A DNA stretch of 62,336 nt, filler included, from Diploschistes diacapsis (taxonomy: Eukaryota), in assembly GCA_023645945.1 (NCBI GenBank). It is 11 parts of 11 records of this genome, joined end to end, with 100 filler letters (N's around TTAATTAATTAA, not from the genome) between each part and the next. Parts side by side here need not be neighbours in the genome. Positions count along the whole stretch, not along the records: positions 1 to 26,151 come from JALAIB010000189.1; 10 more parts are not named here. The stretch is one strand, 5' to 3'. Each line of letters starts with the position of its first letter. Within the stretch, counting starts at the first letter, position 1. This document shows, in pieces, positions 12,101 through 25,785 of the stretch. The notes below the pieces were generated by a model. The model did not search any database. It worked only from the letters and a program-made list of their open reading frames with translations, and was not told the DNA's origin. The position numbers were made by a program, and so were the translations under genes.

Positions 12101-12818
12101 TCGTTGGACTCCAAGAAACGAAACACACAACCGACCAAACAAAGAAAGGTGGGGCGGGCTAAGTAAATGTATGTGATTTCTATCATGCCCAGCAAAGGGC
12201 GACAACGCCCTGCCAGCTGGCAGATCAGGAAAACAAACCTACCGAATGGAGCCTCCAGAGAGTAACCACCCCAAATCATTAGCGGCAGTCCCGCAGTTAC
12301 CAACCTAGCTCGCGATGCTCTTCCAGAGGGATCGTTCCTCATAATGAAGACTTGATTTGGACCTCAAGGAGTTTTCGTTGTGCCAGACCTTACCATGATG
12401 GATTTGGCGTTCTAACGTTGGATTGCAAGCTCTTGTCCCAGAATATTCGAACCTATTCTATACTATCTACCCGCTCAACGCCCACCCTCCCTATCCAATT
12501 TGCCTCCTCGGCAACTTAGCTGGACGGAATTCGCAAGATTCGTAACGCGCACTTCAGCTTTTTTATATGTAGTCATATTCTATGGCTTCGCAAGGGACTT
12601 GTCGGGGTTCCGGGAAGAAGTTGTCTTCCATTCCAGTCGTGCAAACTGCCGTTACAAGATCGTCAAAACATGGTGCATTCCAAAGGTCTCGCCATAGAGC
12701 GCAAGCAAGGAGCAAACAGTAGGATATATCTGATCACGTCTGTTTAGTGTATCACTTGTGAAGCCTCTCTAAACTCCAAAACAAGTTTGATCTTCAGCAG
12801 GCCTTCTATCTGCACACA

Positions 12819-13091
12819 ATGATTAGCATGGCGTCCCTCTTTCATATCATCTCTCTTGTTTTGACAGTGGCTGCATTGGCTCGCTCGCCGCAGGAACTAG
12901 AGCACCTGGAGCAAAGAGGAGCCGCAACAACATCAGCAACACCAGCAACACCAGCAGAGCCGATGCAATCGATGTTCCTTGCAATTAATACAGGAGGGGT
13001 TGAGAAAGCACAGGACGCACACCTTCCGCTTGAGACAGTCTTCGGCGAGCCTTTCCATGACGAGAGGGAGTTTCCGCAGTGGGTGGATTAA
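12819..13091 (+). CDS. Possible small secreted protein (3' structure uncertain)
   Basis: Good ATG context (CACACAATG), signal-peptide-like N-terminus (LFHIISLVLTVAALA), propeptide-like LEQR and an Ala/Thr/Pro stretch. Confidence 0.4.
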   Translation: MISMASLFHIISLVLTVAALARSPQELEHLEQRGAATTSATPATPAEPMQSMFLAINTGGVEKAQDAHLPLETVFGEPFHDEREFPQWVD

Positions 13092-13589
13092 GCCGCAAGT
13101 TCCCATCCGCAAGCATGCTACCGGGACCTGGATCGCCATATTTTAATCAACATATCGTACTGTCGCCGTGTCGGTTGCTCCCTACTGTATGGCTTGTGGG
13201 AAACACGGTTCCACAAAGCTTGTCAGCATGGCTAGAACCGACAAAGTCCATCCTGACTTGGGGTCTTTAGAAAAACTGCATACTAGAGCAAAGGTTGAAG
13301 GTGATTTAAAGGCTTGAAGTCTGAAGGGGGACCCCCAATGCCATTATGAGTGACAATAGCTCGAGGTTAATAGAGCTCCACGCACGATTGGAAACTGCAA
13401 ACTTCAATTAGACGGTCTTGCACCGACTGATGGCTATTCTCAAAGTTTCAAAGGGAGATGGAGGGTAGACATATTGAATCTCATTGCGCTCGCTTCTGAA
13501 CATTTGATCAGCGTGCATTACAATTATGCTCCTTTTCCACATGCACAGACGTTGCGTGGGAATATGGTGAGAACTCAAGCCGTGCAAGA

Positions 13590-14861
13590 TTATTTCCAGA
13601 GCTTGCCCAAGCTTACTTCCTTGTCGTCATGCTTATTCAAGATCTTGGCTGTTGCAAGGTCGAAGTCCTCCTGCGTCACATGCACTCTCCTCTCCCGTAG
13701 CGCATACATGCCAGCTTCTGTGCACACACCCTTCAGCTCTGCGCCTGAGCAACCGTTCATTTTCTCTGCAATCTTCGTGAGGTTGATGCCTCGGGTAAGA
13801 TTCATGGAGCGAGAGTGGATTCGAAGGATATCGGCGCGGGCTTCAACACTATGCGAGGTTTAGCAGAAATAGAGGATAGAGAGCCCAACTGGACTCACGT
13901 CGGAGGTGGAAACTCGATCTTCCTGTCTATACGACCAGGCCGTAGCAAAGCAGGATCCAAGATGTCTAATCGATTCGTCGCCATGATGACCTTGATGTTC
14001 TTTGTAGGCTCGAAACCGTCTAGCTGGTTCAGAAGTTCCAGCATTGTCCGCTGTACTTCGGAGTCGCCACCACTGCTGCCCTCCACACGCGAAGACCCGA
14101 TACTGTCGATCTCGTCCATGAATATTATACTTGGCGCATGCTCTCTGGCCATGACGAACAGCTCTCTCACCATCCTGCTTCCTTCTCCAATATACTTTTG
14201 CACCAACTCGGATCCCGAGACTCTTATAAACTTGCAGTCCGCATGATGAGCAACTGCTCTTGCTAACAGAGTCTTGCCAGTTCCGGGAGGCCCATATAAC
14301 AGGACGCCTTTGGGCTGCGCAATGCCTAACGACTCAAAAAGTTCGGGGTGTTGCAGCCCAAGCTCGATGACCTCTTTTATTTCTTTTATTTGTTGGTCCA
14401 AGCCACCTATCATATCGTACGTGCTATCTGGAACTTTCTCGACCATCATAAGAGAGACTAGGGGGTCGACGGAAGAAGGCAACATCTTCTCGAGCTTGTA
14501 GGAATCGGAGAGTAGAGTCACTCGCTTGCCAACGGTGAGCTTACTTATATCCACACTGTCCGAGACGTCGACAACTATCACAGGTAAGCCGAATCGAAGC
14601 GAGAGCGCAGTAGGTGGGCGAAATACCATATTTGCCTTCCGGGTGAACTTTCACGAGAACCTTCTTGGTGCTCATTACCTTAACCACCTCACCGACGTGT
14701 GAGCCTGGCTGCTGCAATAACCCTAGCTCCTCTCGTAGCAGCCGGACTCTCGAGTTATAGTCGTTGCGCTGGGCCTCTAAGCGTCGTAGCTTTGCCTGTC
14801 CTTGGATGATCTCGAGCTTCATGCTCTCAATCTTATTATGAAAGAATTTGTCGAGCGCCAT
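13590..14861 (-). CDS. RPT6: 26S proteasome regulatory AAA-ATPase subunit 8 (Rpt6)
   Basis: [12 protein letters not shown]..., Walker A GPPGTGKT, Walker [24 protein letters not shown]-terminal KLWK. Introns 14575-14626 and 13849-13898. Confidence 0.97.
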
Positions 14862-15472
14862 CTTGGATGTGGTGAAAGCGGGCGGCGGAAAGGGAGTGGA
14901 AGAAAGAAGGGGTCCAAAGGAAGACGGAGAGGGGTGTTTCGTCAATAGATGTGAATTCTGTATAGTATGATAACGAAGCTTGTACATGGATGCAGCACAT
15001 CAGACGGTTTGACTTTCGGGCCGAAGAAGTCTCAATACTTGCCGACTCGGCATTCTAGCAGCTGCCGCTTATGTAAGAGCCTCTTTGGCGCTCCTTGCCG
15101 TTCCCAAGAGGGACCCCCACTTGACCCCCACTGCCCACCTGGCTCGCTTGGTCTCGCTTTCCTGGATCAGACCTAGCGAAACCCACTTGTCGGCAGGGCT
15201 AGAGCACTGCGTGAGAGTGCCCATGTGAACCTTTTGATCAAGACTATATAGATACTTTATATTTATCGTTACCTTCCTATGTATTTGGCCTCTCCGCTGC
15301 TGAACTTTTCGAGAACGGTCTGCTGAAATTCTTCTTCCTCGTCAAGCATTGCAAGATCAATGCAACTCTGTTATACCCCAAAGTCTCACCACCAGAGGCG
15401 TAGTCTGAGGCGTGGTTTCTGGGACCCTAATAACACCCATGCTCCATAGCTCAGCCCCAGGCTTGCTTCATT

Positions 15473-18400
15473 ATGGCAGAAAAGTATCCTTCTGGGATAG
15501 CTGGCAGGAGTTCGTCTCTCAATCCTCCTTCAACCTACGATCAGGATGCCCTCGGCGTAGGTACTTCGTCGAGCAGGTCACATAATCGAGATATGGAACC
15601 GTCCGGCCACGATCGACGCCCAGCACCTGCCAATGAAAACCCAACCTACAGTAAGCCTGTTGCTTCGTAGAGTCAGCTCGCTATGGAAGCGATATCTGAC
15701 TGATTTTTAAGGTACTACCGGCGCGCCAACATCCGGCGCCGTCGCGGAAGATCTAAGTCAAACCTCCAGCAGGCAAGAAGAACCCCGATCGAACGTATGA
15801 TCCTTACGAGAATTGTGATCGGAGCTATTTTTTGACCAACTCATTCAGGTTCCGCTAAGAGCGAACAAGCCTCCGATGTCTCGAAGATCCTCCTCTGCCT
15901 ATCAAGGCCCGCGTCGCGGCCAGGAGTTTTCGGCCGACGACGATGCTAACGAATATGAATCAGACGCTTTGCACCGGGCTTCCACTAATGGCCGAACCGC
16001 GTCTGGGTTTGTACCAACCTTGCGGCGCCAGTCATCCAATCTGCGTAGGCGAGGACAGACGATGCAACAACCAACCCTTCATCTACCCCGGCTTGATTCC
16101 CGAGATGAAGATGAGAGCGAAGAAGCACAAGAGCCCAAGTCGGCGCCTCACCAAAAGATTAGCGCACTAGAGGAGGAAACCAACCAGACCTCGGGTGAGG
16201 ACATAGTTCAGGGGGAGGGAGATGCAGACGACGATGATGACTTGAGCGATGCCGAGAGTTTTACGCTCAGGGATCGACAGCATGCCATTAACGAGACCCA
16301 CCCCTTTGGTATCCGTATATGGAAGCCTGCACTTTACAAGAAGAACCGTTCGGTTGAGAAAAGTGCGGAAGGAGATATACACTCTTCGCCTGGAGGGCGT
16401 GTCAGCAGATGGCTATGGCTCTTCAACCTTCTCTGGACGGTGGTGTTTGGTTGGTGGCTGGCGCTTATCGCCGCTGGTGGCGGCGTATTGTGCTATGCTT
16501 TTGGTTTCCTGCCAGATACCGCTGCTTACGGTCGGGTTCTGCTTAACCTTGCTGCGTATTTTTTCTACCCTTTTGGTAAATTTGTGAGGCTAGAACAGGA
16601 CGAAGCATATGCTCAAGAAGATGAGGGAGAAGGCCGAAGTATCACAGAGTATGAGCAGTGGCAGAGCGGCGATCTGGAAGATGGTCGATTGTTCTTCGGT
16701 CCACTGGCAACTCCCTCGACCATTGTCGGCAGGCAGCGGGCCGCGAGTATGGACTCCGCCGACGAAAACGATAGTTTGCTCGGCCATTCAAGATCCGGAG
16801 GCCCGCATGGGAGTGAGACGAGTCCGAAAAATGGACGTCGTCGGTTGTTTGGACGTGGCCAATGGACTTTTGGGAGAGTTCTCTTCTACCTTTACTTCTA
16901 TTTGTTGATTGCACCCTGTCTGCTCTTGGCCTCTCTGACTTGCTGGTTCATGGTTTTCTGGATCCCTATGGGTCGAGTAGTAATCATTCTTTTCAGCCAT
17001 CTTCGTCGACATCCGTTGGCCCTCTCTTTTCATTCGGATGCTGCCTATTCAAGGGGTCACTCGTCGACTTCTTCCTCAATCTTGCTCTGTACTTATAGAG
17101 CGGTGGGCCTGAAGTATTGGAAATACACTGTAGATGGCACCAACATCTTCTTGATCAACCTGATCGGCGTTGTGCTATTTGCAATTTTCGACTATTACGT
17201 CTTCGGAGAGGCCCTCAAGCTCGACACCTGGCTGGTACACCCAGGATTTATATTTTGTTTGTCGCTATTTTCCAGCATTCCACTAGCGTACTTCATTGGG
17301 CAAGCAGTCGCTTCAATATCCGCACAATCCTCCATGGGTCTAGCTGCAGCCATCAACGCTTTCTTCTCCACTGTTGTTGAGGTTTTCCTTTATTGTGTTG
17401 CTCTCAAAGAAGGGAAAGGCCAGCTCGTGGAGGGCAGTATTATTGGGAGCATTTTTGCCGGGATACTATTCTTGCCGGGTCTGTCAATGTGCTTCGGAGC
17501 TACGAAGCGGAAGACTCAAAGGTTCAATGTCAGGTCCGCTGGTGTCACTTCTACCATGCTATTGTTTGCAGTCATCGCTGCATTCGGTCCAACATTGTTC
17601 TACCAGATCTATGGAAGCGTAAGTTTTCTACGAGTTGCTCTAGACTTATCGTACCCAAGGCTAACTTTCAGTCAGCATGAGTTGAACTGCTACGCTTGTA
17701 CAGGCGTGCTTGGCTCAGATACTGAGTGCAGACGTTGCTACTTCTCACAAGTTCCTGCAGTTAACGACAGATTCTTTGTTGATGCCGTCAGGCCTTTTTG
17801 CTGGTTTGCTGCTATACTACTTTTTCTAAGCTACTTGATAGGCCTTTGGTTCACGCTGCGAACCCACGCAGCTGTCATCTGGAATGAAGCCCCAGAAGAA
17901 AAGAAGCCCCTACTCCAAAACCAGCCCAATGGAAATCCTCAGACACCGCACCACGCGATAAGAAAACCCAGCGCCACCAATGTTGGAACAGGATCAAGTG
18001 CAATTCGAGACACGAAGCTGTACAAACGTATCCTGGGTCAATCGTTGAAACAAGTGGGTCTGGACTCGGCCCAAGGCATAGGTGACACGCAGGTAGCTGC
18101 GGCGGCGGCTGAGATCCATGCACCCACAAATAACAACATTCCCCATCTAGTTCCTCCGAAGAGCACAAAGCCCGGTGATGCATCCTCTTTTGTCGACGGC
18201 CTTTCTTCTGAGCAGAATGAGCAGCTTGTCAGACAAGTTGCGGAAATGGCAGCAACTGCTGCTACCGTTGCAGCTCGCGATGCCTATCGCTCGCCAAGGA
18301 TGGTTCAGAATACTATCTCAGCGACTACTCCGCATTCTGCTAGGAAACTATCCCGCCCTCCCACTATAATTGGTGACGACAATGTGCTTGGCGACCATGA

Positions 18401-19185
18401 CGCACACGCAGGCGGCGGACACGATGCTCCGAACTGGAGCCGTAAGAAAAGTACGTTCATCCTACTGGGAGCTACCGTGCTTTATGCCATTATTGCCGAG
18501 ATCCTTGTCAATACAGTGGATGTTGTCCTCGAGAATATTGATATTGACGAGAAGTTCCTCGGTATCACATTGTTTGCTTTGGTTCCCAACACGACCGAGT
18601 TCTTGGTAAGTCCCCATCGAGTTGTGTAGGACATTTTAATTAACGCGTACCTTCCAAGAATGCCATCTCATTTGCCATGAACGGTAACATTGCTCTGTCT
18701 ATGGAAATTGGGTCCGCCTATGCTCTGCAAGTCTGTCTCCTACAAATTCCCGCCCTCGTGCTTTACAGTGCGGTTTATGGAAGGTATATCGATCCAACAG
18801 AGCTTATTAATCACACGTTCAAGTATGTTCTCTCGTCTTTGATTTCCTACACGATTAACAGTTGCAACAGTCTCATCTTCCCGCAATGGGACATGGTCAC
18901 CGTTATTCTCTGCGTGTTTCTACTTAGTTATGTCTATGGTGAAGGCAAGGTAAGGCCCCCCTCCCTTCGAAGCTTGTTCGACCGGATCCTGATCGAGGAC
19001 AGAGTAACTATTTCAAAGGGAGTATCTTGTGTCTTGCCTATTTTGTCATCGTGCTCGGGTTCTATCTCTCCGGATTTTCCAACCAGATGGAAGCGAATGG
19101 TATCAACCGCTTCGAAATAATGAGTGGAGTTGGTCCAGAAACATTCAAGACGATAGGCCGTAGGACAAGCGGCCAGGCCTTCTAG
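15473..19185 (+). CDS. VNX1: Vacuolar cation/H+ exchanger, Vnx1-like (YccF + CaCA domains)
   Basis: INETHPFGIRIWKPALYKK, NLLWTVVFGWW (YccF), GSIIGSIFAGILFLPG, PNTTEFLNAISFA and GKSNYFKG. Several introns (first 15651-15711); stop 19183-19185. Confidence 0.9.
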
Positions 19186-19807
19186 TGAAGCATAGACACA
19201 AGCATAGCGATGGGCGTGTTTGAACAGGGCTACTGCTCTTCTGGCGGTGGTTTTTGGGGGTTTCCTCTTTTTTTTTTGGCAATTGTCTATTGCCATGTGT
19301 TATAGCTCCATCAGCCACATACTCATTGCTCCAACTTCAATTTCTCCAAGCTGATGCTTCATTCCGGACCTATCCCCCGAAGGTTCACAAAATTTCAAAG
19401 CTTGTTTGCCAATTGGTGCCGCCGGTTCCTTTTGTCCACTCTTTAGTTCTACCGCTGTAAATATCCACCAAACACATACTGCTTAATCTAGGTCGTGGGC
19501 GAAGCTGGTTTTGGTTGCTTGATAATTTACCTCTGCAGCCATTCCACTGCCGAGCCGTGATTGAGTTTGTTTATATCGCGACCTGCGAAGGTGGTGCTCT
19601 AAACCCAAGAGCAGCTTGTCACGTGGAAGTTTTAAGATCCTTATCGCTGTGAACAAGACTTGTGCGCAAGGAGCTCTGTCCTAGCCTCGGTGCAGGTGCC
19701 AAGGGGCTGTTGATCGTTTCCTCCGCTGCTAGCATCACGCTGTATCTATCTCAATCATCCCAGCAACTCTCACACCAAGCCCACGCACCCTGTCGATCAG
19801 TCCCTCA

Positions 19808-20188
19808 CTACAAGATCCCATCCGGCTCTCCCTTCAGCCGCTCTACCCGCTTGTTCTCCCAATCATCCAGATCCTTCGCCGCAAGCCTGTAGTACTCCTC
19901 CCGCATCGTGTCCCTGCCGCCCTCACCTCCGACCCGGCGGCTGTTCTTGCCCAGCCCGAGCGCCTCGTCCTCGCTCATGCGCTGCACCTTGCGGTCGTGT
20001 TTCTCGTAGCGCAACGCGGTTGCGGGCGTGAGAAAGAAGGAGGCGGCGACGATGGTGCTGAGGAAGGGGAGGCCGAAGAGGAGGAAGGGGTGTTTGGGGA
20101 GGAGGCGTCGGTATCGGGCGGCGAGAGTTTGCTGATAGGCGGAATGGGGCGAGGCTGGGCGGTAGCGCTTGCTTTGGAAGACGGCCAT
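19808..20188 (-). CDS. COX16: Cytochrome c oxidase assembly protein Cox16
   Basis: HPFLLFGLPF..IVAASFFLTPATALRYE..DRK and REEYYRL...DLDDWENKRVERLKGEPDG; no intron. Confidence 0.93.
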   Translation of the reverse strand: MAVFQSKRYRPASPHSAYQQTLAARYRRLLPKHPFLLFGLPFLSTIVAASFFLTPATALRYEKHDRKVQRMSEDEALGLGKNSRRVGGEGGRDTMREEYYRLAAKDLDDWENKRVERLKGEPDGIL

Positions 20189-20386
20189 TATGGGCTTATG
20201 ATGAACTGAAGTCAATTGCAAGGGTGTATGTAGATTGGAAGTGGACTTTTGCCAAGACAATGACCAAGAGAGCCTGGATGTCAAGTATTAAGCTCCGCAG
20301 CTCGGGGCCGCGGAGGATAAACTTTCCGCAAAACGGCTCCTGTCAATGGCCACCACGTAGTATTCTACAAATCAGGCTTGCAATTA

Positions 20387-22227
20387 ATGAGGGGACTGCG
20401 ATCCCTTCCTCCATCGTTTCTCCTGCCAGCTTGGAATCGTACGCATATTTTACAGTTGGCTGTAAATCATCACTCCAAGCCCAGCAAGGTCCCCAAACAG
20501 CAAGTCGCTGCCTCATCAAGTGCACGGGAACTGAATCGGGATGGCTTAGACCAGGAGCTTAGGAGTAAGCTAGGTGCTGACGAGCGTGGCATTCTACATA
20601 GGGCAGAAGATGAAAGGAGGTCGACAGGCGAAGCTCAGGTAAGCGCGTTGGAGGGTTTCCCAGATAATTCTCTGACATCCACCAGCTTCGGACTCGACAG
20701 AATGAATTGCACAGACGACCTACGCCCAGCTCTCTGAGATGGGAAGAGGAAAAGCAGCATGAAGATAGACCCCGAGGCTTGGACTCCACTGTTAATACAG
20801 AATCCGCGGCAGAGGTGCACTTGCGTCCATCCGCAAACACTGGGTCTTTCCTAGCGCCAGAAGAATACGCACGTTTAGAAAGCACTGCCAGTGGCTCTCG
20901 GACCAAGAACGATAGTTCTGGCTTTGAAATTCATAGCTCTCAGAGGTTACCAGATATCGCGCGACCCTCAAGTCAGCGCTCTAAATTATCCAAACATAAC
21001 CACGCTTTCACCGTAGATAAAAGGACTTCAACGACAAGCCACAAGACGCCAGATAGAATCGCTAGTGGTCCTCGACCGACGGGCTCCGACTGGCCACAGC
21101 AAGACACGACGCGAAAAAGGGTGCACGGGGTGTCCAGACTCTCTAAAAAACCTAAGGAACAAAAAAGGCACAAGCCCAATCTTGTCGAGGAGCTTTTCCC
21201 AGAACAGGCCAAAGTTTTGCAAAAGCCGTTGCGTGATGGACTGATGAGGGAGAAGCGTGTACCGTTGCTTGAACCACCCCAGCTGGACCAATTTCATGAC
21301 GCGTCTGCACCTAATCAAAGCTTTCCTCAGGCCCGAGAAGCATCTTTTGACACTGGCGTGCGCGATACTTCCAGGATTGAGAATCTTGCTGTCTTGATCC
21401 TCGACGGTGGCAATCCCAATCTGTGCGAGGCCGATTTCCGTCGTGTGGCTCCCAAAGGTTGGCATATAGGCGAATGGCGAGGGCGCGAGGATCCTCTCCA
21501 GGTCATACCCGCTCGGGACGAAAACACGCTCCTGTTTCAAAACTGCTACTATCTCGTATTTCCTAATTTGAAACTAGCGGAAGCCTACAAATCCCGCGCT
21601 GAGTATCTGCACAAGCTTTCTCAAGCCCATACGCCTACCACGCTACACTCTCCATTGCTCCCGTTAGTTGGGACAATCATCGATGGCGAAGATGCCGGGT
21701 CACTGTTGAGAGAATACGCCCTTGCGCCCCCTTCCCAGCCTCTGTCTCTCCACCTCCTATCCCCTCCATACAAGCTACCCATCCTCCGCATGCTTGCTGC
21801 AAAAGGGACAGTACCTCTGACCCATCCAACCAAACGCTCAGGACGCGCCGTACTACTGTGGGTCGATGGATACCAGCCCACCACAAACCACATCCAAACC
21901 ATGCTGGCTAGGGACGGCCAAGACCGCGGCATGCCCTGGTCGGCGACCGAGAGCGCCGGGGCGATCCAGGATTTCAACGGCCAGCCGCGCCGATCTACCG
22001 CTGCGGGAGAAGGATGGCCCGAGAGCGCCCCGGACGAAGAGCACGATGAGGAGCCGGAGACGAGCAGGGGCGGCTACCGGAGGTGGCTCGTCAGCTTCGA
22101 GGACGAGACAGAGGCCAGACGGTTCATCAGGGCCTGGCACAAGCGCCCGTTTCCGGTGTGGCAGTTTGGCATGGACTGGGAAGATGGCGAGCCTTTGCCT
22201 CTGCTGCATACGGAGTTTATGTGGTAG
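20387..22227 (+). CDS. Hypothetical protein, possibly mitochondrial
   Basis: Long open frame after splicing intron 20639-20685. N-terminus MRGLRSLPPSFLLPAW is presequence-like; the C-terminus (RWLVSFEDETEARRFIRAWHKRPFP) looks like a degenerate RRM-type element. Confidence 0.7.
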
Positions 22228-22659
22228 TCTAGAAGATGTACGTTTACTTGCCCGAAACAGAAGCGACCTGTAATGACGGCAATGGTCCTTACGCTATAGG
22301 GGGCAACCGAGCTGCGGCAAATAGAAACGTGATTCATAGTTTGAATTGCATTCGTCAACAATGTATAATGCAATTTTCCACCTTCCTCCGATGCATGCTA
22401 AAGCTTCGCCTATACGCATTCAAGCACTTCATGAGAATTCCCTGCAGCGGGTGTTCACCCGCTTCGTAAATAAGAAACACAACCTGCAAGCAGCCAACAA
22501 CAAGTTCTTGTGGGCAGCCATGAAATCAATCCTTTCTTGTCCTTGAATATCGACGCCTCCCTCCTTCCGACCAGAATGAAACGCTCCTCGGGGGCTCTTG
22601 TGAACACCGACATGACCCAGACCTTTCATAATCAGCATAAACCCTTCATAACATCCTCT

Positions 22660-25324
22660 TTACTTCGAAACCTGCTGGCCCTCTAAAACGGACGAGCTAG
22701 AGTTAATGTGACGGCCAAGCTTTTCATTGTGTGCGTGATCATCGGCGGGAGGGCCTTCAGCAGCCTCATTCTGCTTGAGCGTAGCGATGCTTTGCGAGAG
22801 CGCATCGACCTTGGGCGAGCCACTGGTCATCGAACTTGCTTCACCTTCTCCCAGCGAGTGCTCCGGATCATTGTACTGGCCCCCACTCTCGCCATGCTCT
22901 ATGATGGGCGAACCAGTCCCTTTCTCTTCATCTCCAATCATTGCAGCAAGGCTTCGGAAGTTGAACATGGGCTCTACGCCAGCTCCTCCCCCAGGAGGTG
23001 TGCCAGAGATGGTATTCTCAGATAAACCAGTCCGCGGAATCTGGACGCTGCTTGCATTGGGAGACGGGTCCACAGACGAAACAGAGCCAGCAGCGGGCCG
23101 AGTCTGCTCGTTGATTGAGGATGCCGAAGAAGACACATTAGAATGATCGCGGAGGTGGGATGGCCTTGAAGACATGGAGGGAAAGTTTGGTGAGCTGGGC
23201 GAATCGGTTTGCAGCATAGCGCGACTCTTCTGGAGATACGACTGAGCGTTTTCGCTAGGGCTAGCTGGCGGTGGCATTCTCCCTGTGGCCACATCAATGT
23301 CTCGTGGATGCGTGCCAGCTCGCGCAGCCGATTTGCCCTTGCCATACGCTAAGCCTGAGGACCCTTGATCGCTTTCTAGAGTTCGGGAGCTTTGGTTAGC
23401 ACTTGTTGTGTAAAACCCGTTCTTCTTTGCCGCTTTCTCTGCTTTCTTATCCTCCTTCGCCTTTTTCTTGGCGTCCTTTTTGGCGTCCTTCTTAGCCTCT
23501 TTTTCCTCTTTCTTTCTCCTATCATCTTCCGCAGCCAAACTCAGACGAATGGCTTCCATCATCATCATGTCCTCAAGGTCGTCAATTCTGTTTCTGCGTG
23601 AACTTTGTGTGGGTGGACCCCTGATAGACGGCGAATCTTCCCGTTGGCTGCCGTTGGGTCCTGGGTCTTCTGAACCTTCGGCGTTCCTGTGCCTTTCGGC
23701 CATCAACGCTAGCATGTTGAGATGGGTTGAGCTCCCTCCATCCGACGGGCTATCACCGCCAGTTCCGCGTCGCAGCATGCCTCGCCTTCCAAAGCCGAAC
23801 CTCGTTTCCGAGCCGCTATTCCGACCGCCCATCATATATGCTGCAGTATGCAGCGCAGTGGCAGCAGCCGATCGTCGAGCGGTGTGAGCTCGAGCAGCTG
23901 CGAGCTTAGCTGCCCAGTCTGGCCGAACTTTGTCCGTAGTGATTACCGAAGGATTATTAACGGCAAGGGATGCTGCCCGCCGACGGCCCGCAACGTTCTC
24001 GCCAGGTCCAGGAATTGAAGAAAGTGAAGTCGAAGAAGACGCAGCAACGTTTACCTTACCTGAAGCTTGCCTAACCGCACTTGGGACGTATACCAACCCT
24101 TTGCGAAAGGTAAGAGGTTCGTACGAGACTCCAAATTCTGGCTGCACACAGAAGGGACATGCCGCCGGCTCGGATACAAGCTGAGCGTCTGGATCCATAG
24201 GCATCTCCGCGTGAGATGTCTGAGAGGCAGTAGGATCGGCATGTTCAGGAGGATGTGGATCTGGGCGTTTGATTTGTACGAAGCATTCTGAGCAAATTGC
24301 TTGATGGCAACACCTAGTCCTGTTAAGGTAGGGTGGATAATAAAGAAAACATATTGGACACTCGCTCGCATCTTTGTAGAGGTAGGCTTCCAGAGCTTGA
24401 CCATTGACGAAAGGATCCTTGGGTAGTTGTGCTTCTTTCGGCTGCATATCGGGTTGTAGACTGTTCTTAGCAGACGTGTTCAATGACGCTAACGTTTTTG
24501 CACGGCCTCTCAGAAGTGAAGACCCAGAGGTTTGACCGTCGCCGTCCTGACCAACTTGGGCTGCCTGGGCTGCATTTTTAGAACAGTCGGAGTTGTAAGA
24601 CTGGGCCTGAGCTCGAGAAGCGATAGGAACCGTCAGGTCATGAAATGCCTGCTCCGATAGATCCTCCTCCTCCTTAGCGATCGAGCTATGCTGTCCTTGC
24701 TGCGTGTGATTGGGCTGAGCCTGATCCATTTCCTCGGAGGGGATCTCATCTGCCGCCGGAAGAGGCAACCCTCTGGCCATCGCTACGAGTTGATGCTCTG
24801 TCCAAGATGGGGAGTGGTCGTTCAGGCCACGCCAGAAAGGAGCTAAACGCCGTTCGATCTAGCTGGTTAGCAAGAATAAGTTGGTGGGCAAAGCTTGGAC
24901 CTCGTACCATCAATTGTCGAACAATAGGCTTGCTGTAATCCTCGACACCAGTATAGACCCCTTGAGTGACGAGATAACCTCCATCGACATGCTCCTGACG
25001 CATGCTGCGCTCCCTTTCCTTCTCGCGGGCCACTTTTTCCCTCTCTAGCCTTCTGGCTTCTCTTTCCGCCTTCGCTTCCCTGCGGGCCTCCAGGCTGCCA
25101 ATGTCCCTGTCACGTTCAGTCTCTTGCCGCAAACCAAATAAAGTGGACAGCTCGGACCTGCTGCCCCTTGCATGACGAGAGGCATACAGCTGCGGAACTC
25201 CATCGGGGCCAGGAGGATATGAAGGCGAGGTGGGGTAAGAGCGATTCGGGGAGTTGGATCTTTGGCCCTGATGTTCTGGAGGTAATTGAGAAGAACGTGA
25301 TTCTTTGCCTGCACTATTTCCCAT
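22660..25324 (-). CDS. SIP5: Sip5 (Snf1/Reg1-interacting protein)
   Basis: MGNSAGKE myristoylation-type start, [53 protein letters not shown] and [14 protein letters not shown]. One intron at about 24860-24907. Confidence 0.93.
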
Positions 25325-25785
25325 GGTTATCCGGTCAAACGAGATGTCAATGCCCTGAAATTAGCTCCGCAAGAAGTGAGAGCCCCAAGTGGTGCTCATC
25401 ATAAGTAAGGTTGCTCTAGATCCTCGTCATGTTAAGAGATCGGACTTCGCATGGAAATCTGTGCTTGCAACAAGTTGTGGAGGCTGGCGGCTTTGTGGAT
25501 GTTAAAAAAAGGGAGATTGTTCGTCTTCTTGTGTAATGGAATGACAGTGAAACCCCTTGGGTCTAATGTAGTACGTAGGTAGTATTGGAGCACAAGAATG
25601 AGAGATGGAAATGTTTGAGCCCCAAATTGGTGCGGACTGATGACAGATAAGTTAAAGATCTGGAAAGGCTGCGTATACTTGGTGAAGAAGAAACTTTGGA
25701 TAGAAGGTCAACTTGAAGTCATATCTGCAGTTTGCTGTCACCTAGAGCTCGCCGCCTTAGCACCCGATGTGGGGTGCGCCAAAGG

